From Cycas panzhihuaensis (lineage: Eukaryota > Plantae > Cycadophyta), in assembly GCA_023213395.1 (NCBI GenBank), contig CM041465.1:243605741-243669740 (forward strand): a stretch of DNA of 64,000 nt. The letters run 5' to 3'. Position 1 is the stretch's first letter. Each line of letters starts with the position of its first letter. A program made the position numbers and the translations under genes. Below the pieces are notes generated by a model, which was not told where the DNA came from, searched no databases, and saw only the letters and a list, made by a program, of their open reading frames with translations. Shown here one piece after another: positions 59,001-64,000 of this stretch.

Positions 59001-62000
59001 GGTGATGCTTGCCATACGTACACCCTTTGCATATACCATCTAAGTAGGAAATTGATGGTAGTCCTTCCACCATATTCAACCTCTTTAGTAGTGCAATACT
59101 CCTATAATTAAGGTTCCCAAGGCAATTGTGCCATAGTTTACTTTCATCATCCATGCTGGCAACAAAGGCATAGGACTTCTTTTGAGATTGAAATTTCCCA
59201 AACACCTAGAAGTAGTCCCTAACTTTCCCAGTAGCTATGACACCAAAGTTCTATTTTGGGTTCTTTATTAGGAACTTATCACTATAGAGCTCCACTTTCA
59301 TACCTTGTTTGTAGATCTCCTAAGTAGAAAAAAGGTTCAACTGCATCTTGGGTACATAATATACCCCAAAAAACTTACCTCCTGTAATGGAAACTTCACC
59401 AATACCATCTACCGATAACACGCGAGCATCTCCAAGAATGATCTTAGAGCCACTTTGATTTATATTCAATGTATCGAAGTTATGCCTTTCATAAGAGATG
59501 TGAGTCTGCGCTCCAGAATCTAGTACCTAATAGTCTCTCCGATCTGACTCGACTGGTAAGGTCTGCGCTTGGACGTAATGAGTAGCAACACTCTTTCCTT
59601 TATCATCTTGGTTACCTTTGTGCTTGTCACAACACTTGAACTAATAGTTCTTTTCATGATGACCATCCTTCTTGTAGTAATTACACTTTCCATTAAACTT
59701 CTTCTTGTCTCGAGAGCTTTCTTGTAGCAATCTAGTTCTTCTTTTATAGCAACTTTTCTCAAAAATATAGGTAATAATCCACAAAAGACAATAACTAAAT
59801 GCTATTCAATAGGAAAATGAACAAGGAATAGGAATTATAGAATCCACAGAAGTAAATAATAATCTTTATTATCAAATAATACCAAAATAGAGTGAAATTA
59901 TAATAAAATACTAGTCTTTCCTGAAGAAGTAAGCTTCTCTCTTCAAGGCGAGGAACCCTCCAAACTGCAACCACCAAATAGGCGAGCTAATTGTAGCCCT
60001 AGAACTGAAAATGTGCAACCAAGGAACCTCTGACAATGATAAAATGAGGCTGCAAATTCTCTTTAAATAAGTGTCCAAAGGATAGTAATAGAAGTCATCA
60101 AGAGAATGTGATATTCTTCTTAATACTACTCAAATAGAAGTTAGCTAGAACTTCTCTAAAAATTGGTAGGTTGACCTTAAACGATCATAACTTTTGATAG
60201 AGATCTCAGAATTGACTTTCGTTTAAACAATTGGAATCATCATTCAGATACCTTTGACTTGAATGATCATATACTATACTTTTAACCATATTTTCGAATG
60301 CTACAATTCCCTAGCCCTTAAAATAATACTTTGCCATCGAAGTATTGAGAATTACTTATAGCTCTGTCAAATCTTCAACCACCTCCTACTAGATCTTGTA
60401 GGTCATGAAGATTTGGCTCAATCTTGCATCTTCCATAGAATTTGCTAGCAGACATTTGGCATTTATTAATATTTATTCCTATAGCCAAGTACATGCTATA
60501 TCTACATCAGGGGGATCTTGGGACCTATGAGGTGTCTCAATTATCATGCTTTGGTCTTGCCTTGTATTTGCATATTTTGTTTACAAATGAAATGGTTTAT
60601 GGAAGAATAAGAATTGATCATAAGGGTCATAGATTGACGATTGCTTATTGTGAAAAGGAAAAGAAAAGGTGGAATTATGAGTTAAGATTAAGTATAACTT
60701 TAAAGGTATAGGAAGAAGGGATAAATTTTGAAATCTACCTTAGATGGAGATGAAAATTTGTGTAAGTTTTATTAGACCACAACACTTTTTGGGGGGGAGA
60801 GAGAGATAAGGAATCAATGATAGATGTTCTTTATGAAAGAAATATTTTAATAAGCTTTTAGGAATGGTATTTAGACAAAAGGAAATATTTAACGAAAAGA
60901 AATAATATTGATGATATGAAATTGAAGGACTTTAGGAAAATTTGAATAGGGTTTTCCAAGGGGTAATACTAAGAGGCAAAACCTGATGAACATATTGAAG
61001 TTGAAAGGTGTCCTATTAAGGATTGTTTATAGGGGTTGAAGAAGTAGGTGAGTAAAGAGATAGACTAGGGTTACAAAGAGGAATTAAAATTTGACCTACG
61101 AAAAAACTAAAGTTAGGAAAATTAGGAGTATGGCTAACTATGGGTTGAGGAGAGAAGGGCTTTTGTATTGCTTTTGCACTAGGGAAAGATAGAGGGCATA
61201 CAAAACTACCGAACAAAATATGCATGTGTAATGTAGGATCACTAGGTACCTTATACCTTACATGAGATTTGTTGAGAAAAATCTACTTGTTCTTCATTGT
61301 CTTTGTATTGCTCCTATGTAACTTCACCTTGGATTTCCTCTCTAATATTGAAATGAGACTCTTTTGTGGATTGTGCATGCTCCAAGTCTTCTATATCATC
61401 ATATTATTTTCTTTGGGCTAGATCTCATTCTACACTTGCAAAACCTCTATGATCTCCTCATCAATAATGTCTTCTTCTTGCCCTTCCTCATCTACTTGAA
61501 TCTCACCTTGCTTATATTTTTAAAAAGCTATAGTAGCTGCCTCTGAAAATTGGTACCATAGAAAAGGTTCTTTAGCCAAATTAATGAACCACTCATAAGC
61601 TTGTCCATTTAGTATCATTTCTAATAATGGTCTATATTCTTCCATTTCTGTATCAGACGTAAATTCAAAATCTTCTATCCATTTTTTCATGCCCCCATAA
61701 TACTCCAAATTAAAAAAATCTATCTCTATTTTTTACCAGGCTTTATACGTTCTAAGTGTTCTTCCCATATTTTTCTATGCACTTTCCCTTAGAAATAAAG
61801 CTCTGATACCACTTATAGTGATCTAGTTCTTCTTTTATAGCAATTTTTCTCAAAAATATAAGTAATAATCCATAAAAGATAATAACTAGATGCTATTCAA
61901 TAGGAAAATGAACAAGGAATAGGAATTGTAGAATCCATAGAAGTAAATAATAATCTTTATTATTAAATAATGCCAAAATAGAGAAAAATTATAACAAAAT

Positions 62001-63100
62001 ACCAGTCTTTCCTAAAGAAGTAAGCTTCCCTCTTCGAGGCGAGGAACCCTCCAAATCAAATTTCAAATAGGTGAGCTAATCGACCTTTAAAATGTAAAAA
62101 TATGCAACCAAAGAACCTCCGACGATGATGAAATGAGGCCGTAAATCCTCCTTAAATAGGCAGCCAAAGGATAGCAATAGAAGTCAGTCAGAAAATATGA
62201 TATTATTCTTAATACTACTCAAATAGAAGTCAGCTAGAACTTCTCTAAAAACTAGCAAGTTGACTTTAAATGGTCATAACTTTTGATAGAGTTCTCATAA
62301 TTAACTTTTATCTAAACCATTGGAATCATCGTTTAGAGACCTTTGATTTGAATGGTCATATGCTATACTTTTAACCATATTTTGAAATTTTACATTTCTC
62401 CTGACTACTGTGTAAACTTCTCCTCCTTAGGGGCCTCCTTTGTCTGAGTTTTCATGGCTAAGGCCTAACTTGAACTAGAGCCTCCAAGTAATCCATGATA
62501 TTTTAGCTTGGCTTCCTCTACTAGAATTAGGTTTTTGAGCCCATCAAAAGTTTCTGCCTCCATTACTTTGTCTCTACCATAAATGGTTTGGAATGTGGTG
62601 AGTGCAACTAGTAGCTTTGACATGATTATCGTAAACAAAAGTGTATCATCGATCGAGTTTTGCTTCAATTCTTCTAGCTTATTCCTCAAGTTGGTTATTT
62701 TATTCAAGTAGGAGCTGATATTATTCTTATATTCAACTTTTGAATTGAGTAGTTCCAACATTAGTGCAAGATGCCTATTCATCTTCTTCTTCTCAAAAAT
62801 ATCACACAACTTCGTCCATAAGCCTTTGTGAACTAGTGCCCTTTAGTCTAGCGCCAGTGAGAGTTTCAGTAATCCAACGACCATAAACAACTTCACTTCA
62901 AGTTTGATACACTTCTTATGGTCAAGTGGAATTGAAACAAGCTTTGCCTTGGTGATTCCCTGGAGTTGGTTCACCATTAATATAAGTTCCATATTGGCCT
63001 TCCATTTGCTGAAATTGTTATCGTTAAAGATAACTTTAGGCATGATCTTTTCCATCTCAAACAATGGGCTAAAATATGAATCACACGTCACCAAATGAAC
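56028..63100 (-). mobile_element. Degraded Ty1/copia element on the minus strand: 3' LTR ~56028-56330, gag start ~63055; 5' LTR not seen, probably beyond the window
   Basis: Gag IFNDNNFSKWK, DSGAQTHIS, LWHNCLGNLN..CKGCTYGKH, MHSDIMGP..FIDDYT, GCKWIYK..YKARL, MDVKSTFLN, VYVDDLII and RTKHIEI. PPT TAAGGGGGGA next to 56331. Confidence 0.9.
59723..62394 (-). mobile_element. Gag-only (pol-less) LTR retroelement nested in the copia gag: LTRs 59723-60305 and 61814-62394
   Basis: ~580-bp direct repeats and perfect TSD TTTCT (59718-59722 / 62395-62399). Perfect PBS TGGTATCAGAGC at 61800-61811 and PPT AAGGGCTAGGGAAT. The ~1.5-kb interior has Gag-like KKWIEDFE..LNGQAYEWF and no recognisable pol. Confidence 0.9.
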
Positions 63101-64000
63101 ATATTAAGGATAGAAACACACCTATGTATCCTTCTTTAGTCCAAGAGCGATCCACGGAGGGTTTAAAACAGTAATTGTACTTGCAGATGTAGGTCACTGA
63201 CTACTTCTTCCTATAAATAGACAATAAATACCTTTAAATAACACCAAAAAAGAGCACTAAGGGAAGTGAAACAATGCTCAAGGTACAAGGTCAGCTCCAC
63301 AAGGTGAAGGTGCACAGTCTCCAAGTCAGAAAAACATAAAAATGCCTCGATCCATGCTCAAAATGGCTCAAGGATACTTCAAATATAATCAAAAGTACTT
63401 CAAATAACTTCACTATAGGTAAAATCTCATATATCAATGGTATACAAGGGTCTTTTTATATTTTATCATTAAGGGGAATATGCCAAAGGTATATTCCCAA
63501 TAAATGTGACTTTTAAAAACTCCTACACCTCTTCATTTAATGCACATGCTAAAATATTTTAATAAACATGTGATTAATATAGGAAGGGTTACCAAAGGTT
63601 ATATTTATCTAAATATAACCTTTTGAGATCTCCTACAAAGAGAGATAAGGTGCGGTAGCTATGTGATAACCTCTGTTGACCCGTGGACCTACACTTGTCT
63701 CTATAGTCCTACATAGATCTGCAGACTCCCCCACATACCTGTGCTCCTTTTTACAGTTGGTAAGCTGGCCAAACACGGCCTAACTAACACCAATACTTAC
63801 CAGCTACCAGAAAATGATACTAAATCAGTAAAACAACACCCAACTAAAGAGAATAGCACCTAGCCAGCTCTTTAGATGTACCCAACCATGTGGATAAGTG
63901 TCTAGTAAGGGTAAATAACCCTCTAACAAATGTAGATAACACTTAGTCACCATAAACAGTGCTTAATCAACATAGATTCTACCTAGCCAAGAGGAAATAT

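Overview
Eukaryotic, plant-type, very AT-rich intergenic window (large-genome seed plant, gymnosperm-like by inference). I can support only one intact host gene: an intronless SAUR (small auxin-up RNA) CDS on the minus strand, 28260-28733, in a small CpG-retaining island. Almost everything else is retrotransposon debris. (1) A near full-length, relatively young plant L1 LINE with ORF1, EN, RT, zf-RVT and RNase H domains, a poly(A) tail and a 17-bp TSD (6484-12669), inserted into an old Ty1/copia element. (2) Two further LINE remnants. (3) At least six degraded copia elements or fragments, several nested (33861-54828 reads as a multi-level nest). (4) Short pol-less LTR elements (gag-only or TRIM-like). 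(5) A ~2.4-kb interrupted (AT)n tract. Old elements show heavy C>T / G>A erosion, including at CAA (CHH) sites and at LTR TG..CA termini. I found no convincing new multi-gene system. The best leads are the nesting architecture, a gag-only LTR element family, a Q/N/G/Y-rich plus RG region in a copia Gag, the deamination signature, and the candidate regulatory layout of the SAUR gene. Coordinates were read by eye and may be off by a few bases.
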